Assembly (NCBI GenBank): GCA_964016885.1
Contig: OZ024749.1
Coordinates: forward strand, 17,546,001-17,610,000
Reading direction: 5' to 3'
Length of the DNA stretch: 64,000 nt
Source: Eledone cirrhosa
Taxonomy: Eukaryota
Below are positions 37,074 to 49,892 of this stretch, piece by piece; position 1 is the first letter of the stretch; every line of letters starts with the position of its first letter. The notes beneath the pieces were generated by a model. The model worked only from the letters and a program-made list of their open reading frames with translations. It did not search any database and was not told the origin of the DNA. Position numbers and translations under genes: made by a program.

Positions 37074-37615
37074 ATTATTAAAGGTAATAAAACATTTAAA
37101 AAATGGAAATGAAAAGATGAAAAATAAAAACATAAGAGACATGTGGAATGATGTGTCTTGCTTAAGGACACAATGTACCTCCCTTTGAAAACATTATATT
37201 ACAATATGATGTATGACTTCACTATAAAATATGTATGTGTTTGTATACATATATATAGTATATATGTGTGTGTATACATTGTCTCATTCCATGAGAGTAA
37301 CTTGGTCAGCCTATGAACTCCTTATCCGACCCTTTTATATGTATATACATGTTTGTCAGTGTGTGTGTACATATGTATATAGAATATTGTCACAACTACT
37401 ATATAAACCACATATACACTATATATAATATTGTCCAATATATATAAACTATATGTCATGTTGTCCAAGGGAAAGGCTGATATAGATTGGCACCAGTGAC
37501 ATTACAACTATTATATACACTATATATATATATATATATATATACTACATACATACACTATATATAATGTCCAGAGGAATGGCTGAAACAGCTTGACACC
37601 ACCATTTATCATATA

Positions 37616-37754
37616 CTAGCAGAATGGCCCGGCGTTGCTCGGGATTTGCTCTAGGGTTCTTATATATTTGATATATATTTATCCTTATCGAGCCTCGTCA
37701 AATAAATGCGTTTGTTTATATGTTGTTACTGTGTATGCAAACATATCTGTATAC

Positions 37755-37796
<42 letters not shown>

Positions 37797-37903
37797 ATAA
37801 TAATAAATTTGAAGACTAAAATCCAGTTTCATTTATGTTTATTTTTATACACAGTTTATATATATACACGGTTTATACATATATATATATATAATCAAAT
37901 TAA

Positions 37904-37957
<54 letters not shown>

Positions 37958-39859
37958 CTAGAAAAATAGACATACTGCAGCAGGGTTTGTACCTACATAG
38001 GTGATCCCCTGTCTATTTGACTTTCGCCTGACCTAACTCAGGTCGTAGGTGAAAGGGATAGGATCAATCACTTTTTGACAGGACAAAGAAAACGTTTGTT
38101 GGTGCCTGTTTATGTCGTGGTTTTTGGTTCAATCCCTAATTTTTTTATTCCTTACTGAAAGTACTTAATGAACCTGTGAACGTCCCTAGCAGTTAAGAAT
38201 GTGAGAAATTGAATTATTTCTGGCGCGATTGTACTCTCGTCATTGTTAACGAAAACTACATTGAAACACGCACACACACATGTGTGTATTGACGGTAATA
38301 CACACACACATGCTAACGGCGACATAACATTTACCGGTTATATAAACTTTTCATGCTATATAACATCGTACTGACTACATAACCTTTTACATGCTACATA
38401 GCTTTACCGGCTACGCAATTGATCTTGTTGTTTAAGGAAGTCTGCGAATAGTGTTTTAAAAAATTATTTGTTAACTCACATGATGTGAAATGGAAGGGTA
38501 GTCCCCATGAAGATTAACAACCGAAAATGAAAATAATTATGTCGTTTGATTTTACGATTGAAAGAAAATAATTGTCGCAAATTAGAATTTTTATTTGTTA
38601 ATGAAGTGTGTATGTGTGGTTAAATTGATTTAAAGTTTAATTATTCATTTGATGTGAGTGTGTGTTTGTATGTGTTTGCAAATAAATAAATCAGTTTGAA
38701 GACTCACATTTAGAATAAACAAAATTGTACGTTAATGTGGCTAATGTTTTTGTTGTTTAGTCTGTAAAGTGTATGAGTTGAAACAACGTTGCCTCGACCG
38801 CACCCTGTGATAATCGTGGCCTCAATCAGATTGGGAGTTAAGGACTTAACGATCAAACGTGTGCCATTGCATTGTTTCGGGGGAACCAAATTTCTAATGA
38901 TCATTATAAGGGCACCAACGTTAAGTTTGAGAATGTGTGGTGGTAGTCCGGGGGGGGGCTCAAAGGAATTGAGTACCTCTATTGGATAGTTGATGACGTC
39001 ATCTGGGCCAGGAGTTGTTTAGTATCCCCATGAAAATTAACAGCCGAAAATGAAAATAATTATGTCGTTTAATTTTACGATTTAAAGAAAAGAATTGTCG
39101 CAAATTATTAGTTTATTTTTTAATGAAGTGTGTATTTGTAGTTATAAATCCCGCACGTTGTTTAATTGCTTTAAATTTTTTTTGATCAATTTATGTGAGT
39201 GTGTGTTTGTATGTGTAAATAAATCATTAAGTTTGAAGCAACTAAAAGTTAGTGTGGTTATAAATCACGCACGTTGTTTAATTGCTTTAAATGTTTTTTT
39301 ATCATTTGAAGTGAGTGTGTGTTTGTATGCGTTTGGAAATAAATCAGTAAGTTTGAAGCAACTAAAAGTTAGACCGAGTAACGATTGAAAAACATTGTAA
39401 CTCACATTTTTAAAAGATGCGCGTAACTGCTAACGGTGAATAAAACAAATTTAGTATAAAAGAGAAAGTAGCAAAATGTGTGGATAGAGGTTAGCAGATG
39501 ATATGAGAGAGTAAAACGGACAGTATCACAATCAACATGAACAATGTAAAATGAAAAGAATAATTTAGTTTCATTTTACGTGTTGTTTCAGCTTGGAAAG
39601 AGAAAGTAGCAGAAAGTATGAAGTTGTATAGATTTTGAATGGTAATAGGAAGAGTTAACCAGTTGAAATGAGAGAGGTAATCGTAAAATATTGAGTTTTA
39701 TCGATTTTTTGCGTAATTGTGGGTGAAATTGAAAAAAATATATGTGCCATGACCCAATCGAAGCTATTTCGAATACTGAATTGTAAATTTCAATTGAAGA
39801 AATTCTATATCGTAGATTTCTATAACAAAGAAACGTGACCATATACTGAGCTTTATAGA
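37616..39859 (-). mobile_element. Non-autonomous Helitron with a PIF1-like helicase fragment
   Basis: 3' end hairpin cccgagcaacgccggg followed by CTAG|T, and 5' end A|TCTATAAAG. Region 38770-39010 encodes GLPPHILKLNVGALIMIIRNL..CNGTRLIV. Confidence 0.85.
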
Positions 39860-39919
39860 TTATGATATATATGCACTATACATACTATGTATACACTATA
39901 TATATATGATCATCACCCT

Positions 39920-40500
39920 CATCGATTAACATCCATCTCCCATGGGTTACACAGGTCCTATTTTGAGGCAAGTTGTGTCGGGTGACCGTGACAGTTCATA
40001 TAGGGGTGTTTCTGGCTGGTTTTCTGTGGATAGATGTCCTTCCTAACCCCAACCACATTGACAGTGTGGGCTGGGTGCTTTTGCCGTGTCTTTCATATGT
40101 CCACTTTACAGTATGGGCTGGGTGCTTTTTGCTGTGTCTTTCACATGTCCACTTTACAGCATGGGCTGCGTGCTTTTTGCTGTCTCTTTCACATGTCCAC
40201 TTTACAGCATGGGCTGGGTGCTTTTTGCTGTCTTTCACATGTCCACTTTATAGAGTGGGCTGGGGCATGCTGTACATATGCTTCAACTTGTGTTCCTGGC
40301 AAGTCGGGAGTCCTGTATAACTGCATATCGCCAGAGATCCCGGCCACATGACATCTCCTCTGAGAGGTACAATTGGGCAAGGTCACCTTGTATCACCTCA
40401 CCTCAGGTCTTCCAACAACTGAGTCTTCATATGGGGCAGAGGATGGAATGTTTTCCAATGCCTTTCCTACATACTGGACAAGGCCATTTCCCTGAGAGGA
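39920..40500 (-). mobile_element. RTE LINE remnant with a tandem repeat in its 3' UTR
   Basis: Four to five copies of an approximately 48-bp unit at 40055-40265. Remnant of the SGKWPC..CRKG motif at 40440-40495. Confidence 0.65.
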
Positions 40501-40889
40501 TCTCGGTTATGTTTTCTGGAAATTCTACCAATATATATATATTCTCTACATACAATATATGATGTTATCCAAAGTGAGGTCAATAGCTGATATAACTTGA
40601 TGCCAGTGTCATCACAACTAATATATACCCTATATACAGACACGTGGCTGAGTTGTTAGAGAATTGTATTCATAATCGTGAGGTTGTGAGATTGATTCTC
40701 GGACCGGGCGATGCGTTATGTCCTTGGACAAGACACTTTATTTCACGTTGCTCCTTCTACCTGGAGTTGCGACCGATAGATAGTATTGGCAATTGGAAAG
40801 ACCAATGGAAACGTTTTCTCGGTCCGATTTGATGAAAGTTGATCAACTATCAATACACTAATATACAATATATATATATCTTCTACACA

Positions 40890-41410
40890 TACTTGGCAGT
40901 ATCCTGAGCCACAGCGGCAACTTTGAGCTGGACATCAACTGCAGGGTTGTAAAGGTGACTACGGTGTTCCAATGGATGCACTCAATTTGGTCAAACAGAG
41001 CCATCAGCTTGTATTTCAAGCTGCGCTTGTACACTAGCATTATACTTCCAATGCCCATCGCTGACTGCAAAAAATGGAAACACACTGTGAAGATGGATAG
41101 GTGTCTAAAAACTTTCCATTAAAGGAGCCTGCATAAGATTCTAAAGGTCAGCTGGTGAGAGCAGGGTCAGATCCACTGCAGGAGATCATCATGGAACGTT
41201 GGTTCCATTTTGCAGGTCACATTCTGCATCTCCCAGATCACCTGTCCAAAACAGCGATGACATGGGTTCCCCTTGAAGGCAAGTGGAAAAGAAGCCGTCC
41301 GAAGATGACCTGGTGGATCACATTCCAAAATGACCCACAAACTGTCAACATCAGCTGGCATGGATGTCAACAAGCTGTCACCAACTGAAATCATTGGAGA
41401 CAATTAGTTA
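40890..41410 (+). mobile_element. Degenerate RTE-group LINE 3' fragment
   Basis: Encodes RWFHFAGHILHLPD..EGKWKRSRPKMTW. Paralog of 16100-16615. Confidence 0.75.
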
Positions 41411-43349
41411 ATGGTAGTGGTAGTGTTTGCTGGTAAGTTGTTGGTGTAAACACATGTTCATCACATCATCTTCGTTTAATGTTGTTGTTAATGTCACCAC
41501 TGCTATCACTACCTTCCTCTTGTTGATGGTGGTGGTAGTTGAAACTGCTAGCTATTCGGGCTGCCAGGCTGGTTGCTGGGGCTGGAACGCCTTCTTTAAC
41601 CGAAGATACGGGGTCGTTATTGTCACTGTTTCTGTCGCTGCCTTCCTCTTGTTAATGGTAGTGATAATTGTTGGTGCTACCTATATCGGCTGTCAAGCTG
41701 GCTGCTGTATCAGCTTCTGTGAGTGACGCTCCAATGGCCTTCTTGACCAAAGATGCAGGTCAATAGCTTTTGGTATCGTTTAGCAACACAACGGCAGATA
41801 AATATATTCTCTATTTTTTTCTTTCTTTCTGATCCGATTCAATATCATCAATTGGAACATTGTTTCCTTGGTCCAATCTGATGAGTTCCACTCCACTTGG
41901 TAAGAACTGAGATGTTGAGATTTATTACAAAAAAAATCACTAAAATCAAGATACTGGGTTGGTATAACTAACTGGTTTGTATGTGTTGTGGTGTGGTATG
42001 TGGTGTGTGTGTGCAGGGTGATGTGTTGTTGTGTGTGTGTAGTGTAAAGAGGAAATTTTACACACATATCACCTAGAAGGGGTGTGTGAGGACTCTACCC
42101 CCTACAATCCTCTCAGAAATAAATGGCTGAAGAAAAAGAGAAGAAAGTTGTAAAGTATTTTCAAATGTGAATTATTTTTTTAAAAAGTCATTTCAACTGT
42201 CATGAAAGTACCATCCAACAAATATTAAAGTTATGCAATTGTTTTTATTTACACATGTGGATATTTCGTCATAAATATAAACCAGTTAAGGTTTACAAAA
42301 TAAATATATATAAACACATCAATGTTTTTTGTTTTTTTAAAATGATGTAGTCATAAGGGTGTCACTGAACAAACTGAAGCTTCGTGGAGCCCTTCACTCT
42401 CCAGGTTTGAACAGGTGATCTCTTCCAGAGAAGGAGAGAGAATAAGAGGGAGGAAGTGAGATAGAAATATAGAGAGGAATAACAGACCCCAGTGATAGTC
42501 TGGTATTGTATTTTATCAACCTTGAATGGACGAAAGAATGTTGACCTCAGCAGGATTTAAACTCAGAGAGCAGAAAGCATTCCATCTATTGTTTTATAGA
42601 CTTTAAATAAATGTTTCTACTTTTGACTCAAGGCCAGCAATTTGAAGAGAAAAGGGAATGCCAATTAAATCAGGCCCAGTGCATTAATGGTATTGTTTTT
42701 TATCAACCTTGAATGGATTTAAACATGATTTAAACCCAGAACATAAAGGACTGTAACTTTATGACACAAAGCATATCATATGACACTCTACTGATTCTGC
42801 AAATCCACCACCCTCAACAATAAAATGAGATTGTGTCTCTGTAAGAGCCCTTAATGACAAATAATATGAAGAGGTACTTTCTACAGGGTGTATTTGTTAA
42901 TTACAATACAAAACCTCTGAGAATGATTTCCAACATATTTCACCATAATAAATGTTCATCAATATATATTAATATTATTATTATTTTCTGCTAGCATGTG
43001 TAGTGTGCATATTGATATTATACGCAGGTATATATACATGTAGATATGATACATCAAATAAAATCGTAATTGACAATATATAATACATAGAAATTGAACG
43101 AAGACTGTGTTACACTGTCTTATTTAATCAGTAACGTAATCCATGGTACATTAAAAAAGACGATATTATATATAAACTGCATTAGGAGAAAATTAGTGAC
43201 AGAAATATATGAATGTTTATTTAAGCAATGGCCAACCAGTAGTGGACATTTCAGAAATTTTAAAGTGAATCTTTAAATAAACAAAATATATTTAATCAAC
43301 AGCCATGAAATTTAGTAGTTAAATTATGTAATATTCATTCATTATTTAT

Positions 43350-43690
43350 GTGGATTGGCAGTATTGGTAGAGGGTCGGACACCATGCTTTCCCTTTATGA
43401 TCTGAGTTCAAATCCCGCCGAGGTTGACTTTGCCTTTCATCCTTACGGGGTCGTTAAAATAAAGTACCAGTAATGCACTGGGTAATTGCTGGCCTTGTGC
43501 CTAAAGTAGAAACAATTATTTATTCAAAGTAAGGGATGGACGCCATGCTTTCTAGCATAGTTACGTCCCTTTACAGTCTGAGTTCAAATCCCGCCGAGGT
43601 TAACTTTGCCTTTCATCCTTATGAGGTCGATAAAATAAAGTACCAGTAATGTACTGGGTAATTGCTGGCCTTGTGCCTAAAGTAGAAACA
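43350..43690 (+). mobile_element. Two tandem SINEs at one target site
   Basis: Copies at 43350-43514 and 43533-43690, each followed by attatttattcaaagtaa. Confidence 0.85.
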
Positions 43691-44293
43691 ATTATTTATT
43701 CAAAGTAATGCAACTTATTTTACTAATGGGATAAAAAAAATTATAAACCGTACGCAGTCCCGCACTCCTTACTTTATTATAGTTTAGATTTATTAGGTGA
43801 GGTGGATTGGCCAGAACAATTCTACACTTCTTTTTTAGATGTCACGATCGTCCATGGCATTCCTGAGATCATTAAACTCCAGCTGGACATCCTGAGACAT
43901 CTGATCTATGTAGGTCAATCTCAGTCATCCCACTATGGTCTTACAATGTTTAGGTATCCACCACAATAGCCAGCTCATCCTACCCTTAGTAGTAATGTCC
44001 AGCATATCTTGTCCTCCGCTCCCTAGTTATTGTGGTAATTTTTGATATATGTCAGTATATTTCTTCCTTTTGATTAATGTATTAAAAAATAAAAATAATA
44101 AAAAATATATAGATATATATTCACACACACAAAACATGTGTTGAGGTGTATAAAATTTCTCACATTTTATATTCTGCATTCGAAAGTGTGTCTGCATATT
44201 GGTGTTTTTCATATTTCACAGTGATGGGGTTTACCGCAAGTGATGACTACGTAGGTGAACAAACATTGACGAGTTCTGAGTGAAAGATTTACC

Positions 44294-45160
44294 TCATATT
44301 TCACATGAATAAGGTTTTTCACTAGTATGTATTCTTTTGTGTTTTACAAGAGTAAAATTACGAGAAAAAGATTTCCCACATATTTCACAATAGAAGGGTT
44401 TTTCACCAGTATGTATTCTTTTGTGAAGTTCAAGATTAGATCTCTGAGAAAAAGATTTACTGCATATTTCACAATGGAAGGGTTTTTCACCTGTGTGTAC
44501 TCTTTTGTGATGTTCAAGATGAGATCTCTGAGAAAAAGATTTCCCACATATTTCACAATGGAAGGGTTTTTCACCAGTATGTATTCTTTTGTGAAGTTCA
44601 AGATGAGTTCTCTGAGAAAAAGATTTCCCGCATATTTTACAATGGAAGGGTTTTTCACCTGTGTGTATTCTTTTGTGATGTTCAAGATAAGAACTACGAG
44701 AAAAAGATTTCCCACATATTTCACAATGGAAGGGTTTTTCACCTGTGTGTATTCTTTTGTGATGTTCAAAATGAGAACTCTGAGAAAAAGATTTCCCACA
44801 TATTTCACAATGGAAGGGTTTTTCACCTGTGTGTATTCTTTTGTGATGTTCAAGATGAGATCTCTGAGGAAAAGATTTCCCACATATTTCACAATGGAAG
44901 GGTTTTTCATCAGTGTGTGTTCTTTTGTGACGTACAAGATGAGAACTACATGAAAAAGTTTTATCACATATTTCACAGTGGAAGGGTTTTTCTCCCGTGT
45001 GACTCCGTATGTGGATGACAAGAGCAGAATTATTTATGAAAGATTTACCACATATTTCACAGTGGAAGGCTTTTTCTCTACTATGTATTTTCTCGTGTGA
45101 GGATAGTTTCAGTTTTGAAGAGAAAGTTTTCCTGCAAATCTCACAGCTATATTTAGACAT
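44294..45160 (-). CDS. C2H2 zinc-finger unit 6, 288 aa, 10 intact fingers
   Basis: Uninterrupted ORF with ten CxxC-x12-HxxxH fingers and TGEKP-type linkers, and no effector domain. An 11th finger is cut by an in-frame TGA. Confidence 0.9.
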   Translation of the reverse strand: MSKYSCEICRKTFSSKLKLSSHEKIHSREKAFHCEICGKSFINNSALVIHIRSHTGEKPFHCEICDKTFSCSSHLVRHKRTHTDEKPFHCEICGKSFPQRSHLEHHKRIHTGEKPFHCEICGKSFSQSSHFEHHKRIHTGEKPFHCEICGKSFSRSSYLEHHKRIHTGEKPFHCKICGKSFSQRTHLELHKRIHTGEKPFHCEICGKSFSQRSHLEHHKRVHTGEKPFHCEICSKSFSQRSNLELHKRIHTGEKPFYCEICGKSFSRNFTLVKHKRIHTSEKPYSCEI

Positions 45161-46174
45161 ATTTCATGAAGGAATCTCACCACTTCCACTCATATAATAA
45201 GAAATGTAGCATTCAGTTGGTAAATACATGAAAGCGTAAGACTGTTATTGGAAGAAGAAAAAGCAAGTGTGTGTGTGTTTTTTATTTTTGTTAAGGTGAG
45301 AGAAGCTCTATTCACAATAACATTCTCAGCTCATAAAACAGACGAATAAGACTTCGTAATTTAAGGTTCTTGTTATTGAGGACAATTCAAGTGACAAGAG
45401 AATTAATATCCATAATTTTAAAAGACGAATGTTAATATATATACAGACATACAGTGTGTACGTATGAGAGAGAGAAATAAACGTGTGTCTGTATGTAGAA
45501 ATATGTGTGCAAGTGTTGTAATAAATCAAGATGGTAGACAAGTTCACAATGTTTGTGTTGTGGTGGAAAACGAAATAATACGTACTTTAGTTTTCAAGAC
45601 CAAATATAAAGTCAAGAATATTTAGTAAAAACTAAATGTGCACTGATTTCTGATTAAAATAATATTTTCCTGTCCTGTAAAATGTTGAACAACCACTTCA
45701 ATATTTAATAATTCAGCTTATAAAACTATAACGTAGATAAGTCACCATATGTTATTTACAAACATTAACGTCCACCTTAATATGAAATAATCACCATAAA
45801 AGATGAAATTAGAAGAGGTTTAAGTTGTAACAATGGAGCTGATATAAATGGTAATATTTCACTGTCTAGTTGACACCGGTCTCATGTCTTAAAAGTCCCC
45901 TACATAATTTAATACATTCAGAAACAACTTCCGTTATCTTAATTCACCCGTTCAGTCGATATGTTGGTAATTTATTCAGATTTGTATAAATAACATTATT
46001 AATTTTACATAACTGTTTATATTAAAACAAAACACAATATTAAAGGTAATAAAACATTTAAAAAATGGAAATGAAAAGATGAAAAACAAAAACATTAGAG
46101 ACATGTGGAATGATGTGCCTTGCTTAAGGACACAATGTACCTCCCCTTGAAAACATTATATTACAATATGCTGT

Positions 46175-46355
46175 TGGGGCGGTGGATTGGCAGTATCGGT
46201 AGAGGGTCGGACGCCATGCTTTGCAGAACAGTTACGTCCCTTTACGGACTGAGTTCAAATCCCGCCGAGGTTAACTTTGCCTTTAATCCTTACGGGGTCG
46301 ATAAATTAAGTAATACACTGGGTTAATTGCTGGCTTTGGGCCAAAAGTAGAAACA
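46175..46355 (+). mobile_element. tRNA-derived SINE with 20-bp TSD
   Basis: TSD attatattacaatatgctgt at 46155-46174 and 46356-46375. Confidence 0.9.
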
Positions 46356-46679
46356 ATTATATTACAATATGCTGTATCACTTTACTATAAAATATATGTG
46401 TTTGTATATATATAGTATATATGTGAGTATACATTGTCTCATTCCATGTGAGTAACTTGGTCAACCTATGAACTCCTCATCCGACCCTTCTATATGTATA
46501 TACATGTTTGTCAGTGTGTGTGTGTACATATGTATATAATTGCCACAACTACTATATACACCACATATACACTATATATAATATTGTCCAATATATATAG
46601 ACTATATGTCATGTTGTACAAGGGAAAGGCTGATACAGATCGGTACCAGTGACATTATAACTATTATATACACTATATA

Positions 46680-49600
46680 TCATCATCATCATTATTGTTT
46701 AACATCTGTCTTCCACGCTAGCATGGGTTAGACGGGAATTGTCCCACTTGAGGCAAGATTGATCGGGTGACCGTGTCTCGCCCATGTAGGACATGTTTTC
46801 TATGGCTGGATGCTCTTCCTAACACCAACTACATTTCCTGTGAGGTTTTTCGTCATGACACCTACACAACCTCTTTAGTTTGGACTGGATGTTGTGGTAC
46901 CAACGTAACTTTAGAGAGACAGGGTGGTGTTGGTGGGAGTGGGAGGATGGAATAGGATGTGTGGGTTGGGTGTATATTTGGTTAGGAGGGGCCTACTGAC
47001 TGTAGGTTAACTTTGCATGTAGGGAAGGCAGTCTTCTCTGTTACTGCATGGCACCATATATCTCAATCCAGTGACATTGTCTCAGAGAGGTGTAAGTGTG
47101 GAAGGTTGGATTTTATGTCGTCCCATGTTTTTCTGGGTCTACCTACTCCGTAACTTCCATCAATTTTGATCACCCTGCACTTTTTTATAAAGCTGTCATC
47201 TTTCATGCGCATCACGTGACCATATCAATGTAATCTTTGCTCAAGTAAACAGCATCTGATCCCTCTTATTCCTAATTCTCACTTAGTTCGTTTATGTTTT
47301 GCCGTTCATGTATATTACAATTACACATCCAACGGAGCATGCATGCTTCGTTCCTTTCCAATCTGTGCAGGTCCTCTGCACAGAATGCCCATGTCTCACT
47401 GCCATGTAACATTGTTGTTCGTATACAGGCATAATACAATCTGTCTTTCATTTTTATGGAGAAACCTTTTGTGTCCAGCAGCAGTATTAGCTCTCTGGCC
47501 TTTTTCCATACCATTCTGACTCTGGTTACTGTAGTTTCAGAACACTATCCATCACTGCTGATTTCATCACCCAGGCCACAGAAAGTGCCCCCTATTTCTA
47601 TAGAACCATCTGGGCAATAGAAGGAGCTAATATCCTGTGGACACTTGCTACTTATTGCAGATGAGCATTGGCCACATATAAAGTCTACGTTCTTAGATAG
47701 CTTGCCTGTGATCCCACTACATCTTTTATGTACCCATAGTTTGTATTTGGGACATAAAATGGAATTTCTACCTACTCCTTTCCTACGCACTGAGCATGGC
47801 CATTTCCCAGAGGGTACCAGTGCCCTATTTTTCTTTCTACATACTAGAAATTTAGTCTTAGACAAGTTAACTATAAGGCCTTTTGATTCTAGGCCATGAT
47901 TCCATGTTTGGAATTTCTTCTCTAGTTCAGCCATTGATTCAGGTATGAGCATTAGATCATCTGCATATAGAAGTTCCCATGGGCAGCCAGTCTTAAACTC
48001 CTCTGTTATAGCCTGAAGGGTAATAATAAACAGGAGGGGACTAAGGACGGAGCCTTGATGAACACCTACTTTTACGATAAAATCTTCACTATATTCATTG
48101 TTAATTCTAACCTTGCTGACTGTTTTTCTATACATGCCTTGTATAGCTCTAACAAGCCATTCAGCTACTCCTAGTTTTCTAAGAGCCCACCACATAATGG
48201 AGCGGGGGACTCTGTCAAAGGCTTTCTCCAAGTCTATAAAAGCTAAGTAGAGGGGTTTTACTTTTAGCTAGGTACTTCTCCTGTAGTTGCTGTACAAGGA
48301 AAAGAGCATCTGTGGTACTTTTACCTGGCACAAACACAAACTGCAATTCATTTACATCAATTCGGTCTCTGATTCGTTGCACTATAACTCTTTCTATGAC
48401 CTTCATGATCTGGTCAACTAACTTAATAGTTTCCTCTATCTAGAGCATCTCCTTTGCCCTTGTAGCAGTTAATGATGGTATGACCCCATTCTGTATTACT
48501 TGGTTCACTATCTGGGTGACCATAGTATGTCCCACCATTCCAGATGCTTTCAACATCTCAACAACTATCTCCGAAGGCCTAGCCTGTCTTCATATCTTTA
48601 ATTGCCTTACTTATTATACTACCATTAACTTGCACTGCTGGTCCTTCTATTGGATCGATTTGGGGCAGACTAACTTTTTCCCATTTATTCTCCTCATTTA
48701 ATAGTCTCTCATAGTGACACTTCCAAGCTACCTTCTTATCAGCATCAGTGAGGGCAAGTACACCATCATCATTACGGACACACTTCTCCCCGACAATATC
48801 ATGGTTTTCCTTGACACTTTGTTTTGTGATCCTGAACACCTCACGCTTTTGGTCCTCATGTTGTAGAATATGCTTGAACTTTTTATCCTCTGCTTCCCTT
48901 CTTGCAAAGTACAATTGTCTCCTAGTAACCTAATAGTGTTCTCTACTTTCCCCATCCCACAATACTTTCCAAGCCTGCTTTTTGGCCCTGATTGTCTCCT
49001 CCAGCTTACTGTTCCACCTCCAAGTTACTCTCCTCCTGCCTATAGGTCTGCTCCAGCAACAGATTTCATCTGTCGCCTTCAGCAGGTTAACTTTCAAGAA
49101 TTCCCACTGTTTCTCTATATTGTATGTCTCTAATTGCTTTTCGTTACTGTGAAAAGCATTAACAAATATGCTTTTAAATTTGTTACTGGCTGTGGGGTCC
49201 TTCAACTTCCATATTCTTCTCCTCAAAGTAGTCCTCATCTGTCATTGAGTACGTCTAGTCCTCACTATGAGGTCACTAACTATTAGGCTATGTTAGGAGG
49301 TGGATTCTTCACAGGGGAGGGATTTAGTGTTTACAACAGACACTCTGTCACATCTTCTAGTAAGGATATAATATATCTGGCTGGCGTGTTCACCTGATCT
49401 ATAAGTGATCAAGTGATTGTCTCATTATTTGAAGTTTGTGTTACAGATAGTTAGGTTATTAGCATCACAAAATTCCAGGATCCTGAAGCCTTCTTCATTT
49501 CTAGTACCAAACCCATAGCCTCCATGGATTCCCTCATAGCCATCACTATGTAGTTCAACGTGACCATTTAGGTCACCAGCAATAATTATGTAGTCACTGT

Positions 49601-49892
49601 CAGTTATTTGGGAGGAAGTGAGCATTAGCGAATCATAGAACCTATCTTTTACAACGTCAAGTAGGCCAGATCGAGGTGCAAAAGCGGATATTATTGTCAT
49701 AGTTGTTATATTTAGAACTAGTCTTATTTTAAATATTCTATCGTTCGCTCTATTTATAGCTACCCATTTCTCTGCTAACATAATTCCTACTCCACTCAGC
49801 CCATTGTCATTTCCCATCCAGAAAAGTTTATAGCATCGTTTTTTACCCACAATGAATCTAGCAGACCCACCCCTGCACCTAGTCTCTTGAAC
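46680..49892 (-). mobile_element. Degenerate near full-length RTE LINE, duplicate of 25894-28820
   Basis: Endonuclease 49425-49890 (QETR, AGDLNGH) and RT 47545-48406 (KAFDRV, QGSVLSP, YADD). Flanks match those of the 26-29 kb copy. Confidence 0.9.

Noticed and set aside
40055-40265. Regular repeat array resembling CRISPR
   Set aside because: The units are contiguous with no unique spacers, there are no cas genes, and the array lies in an RTE 3' UTR in eukaryotic DNA.
44327-45021. Long antisense (208 aa) and alternate-frame (225 aa) ORFs over unit 6, with similar ones over other units
   Set aside because: These are expected shadow frames of stop-poor 84-bp finger repeats and have no independent support.
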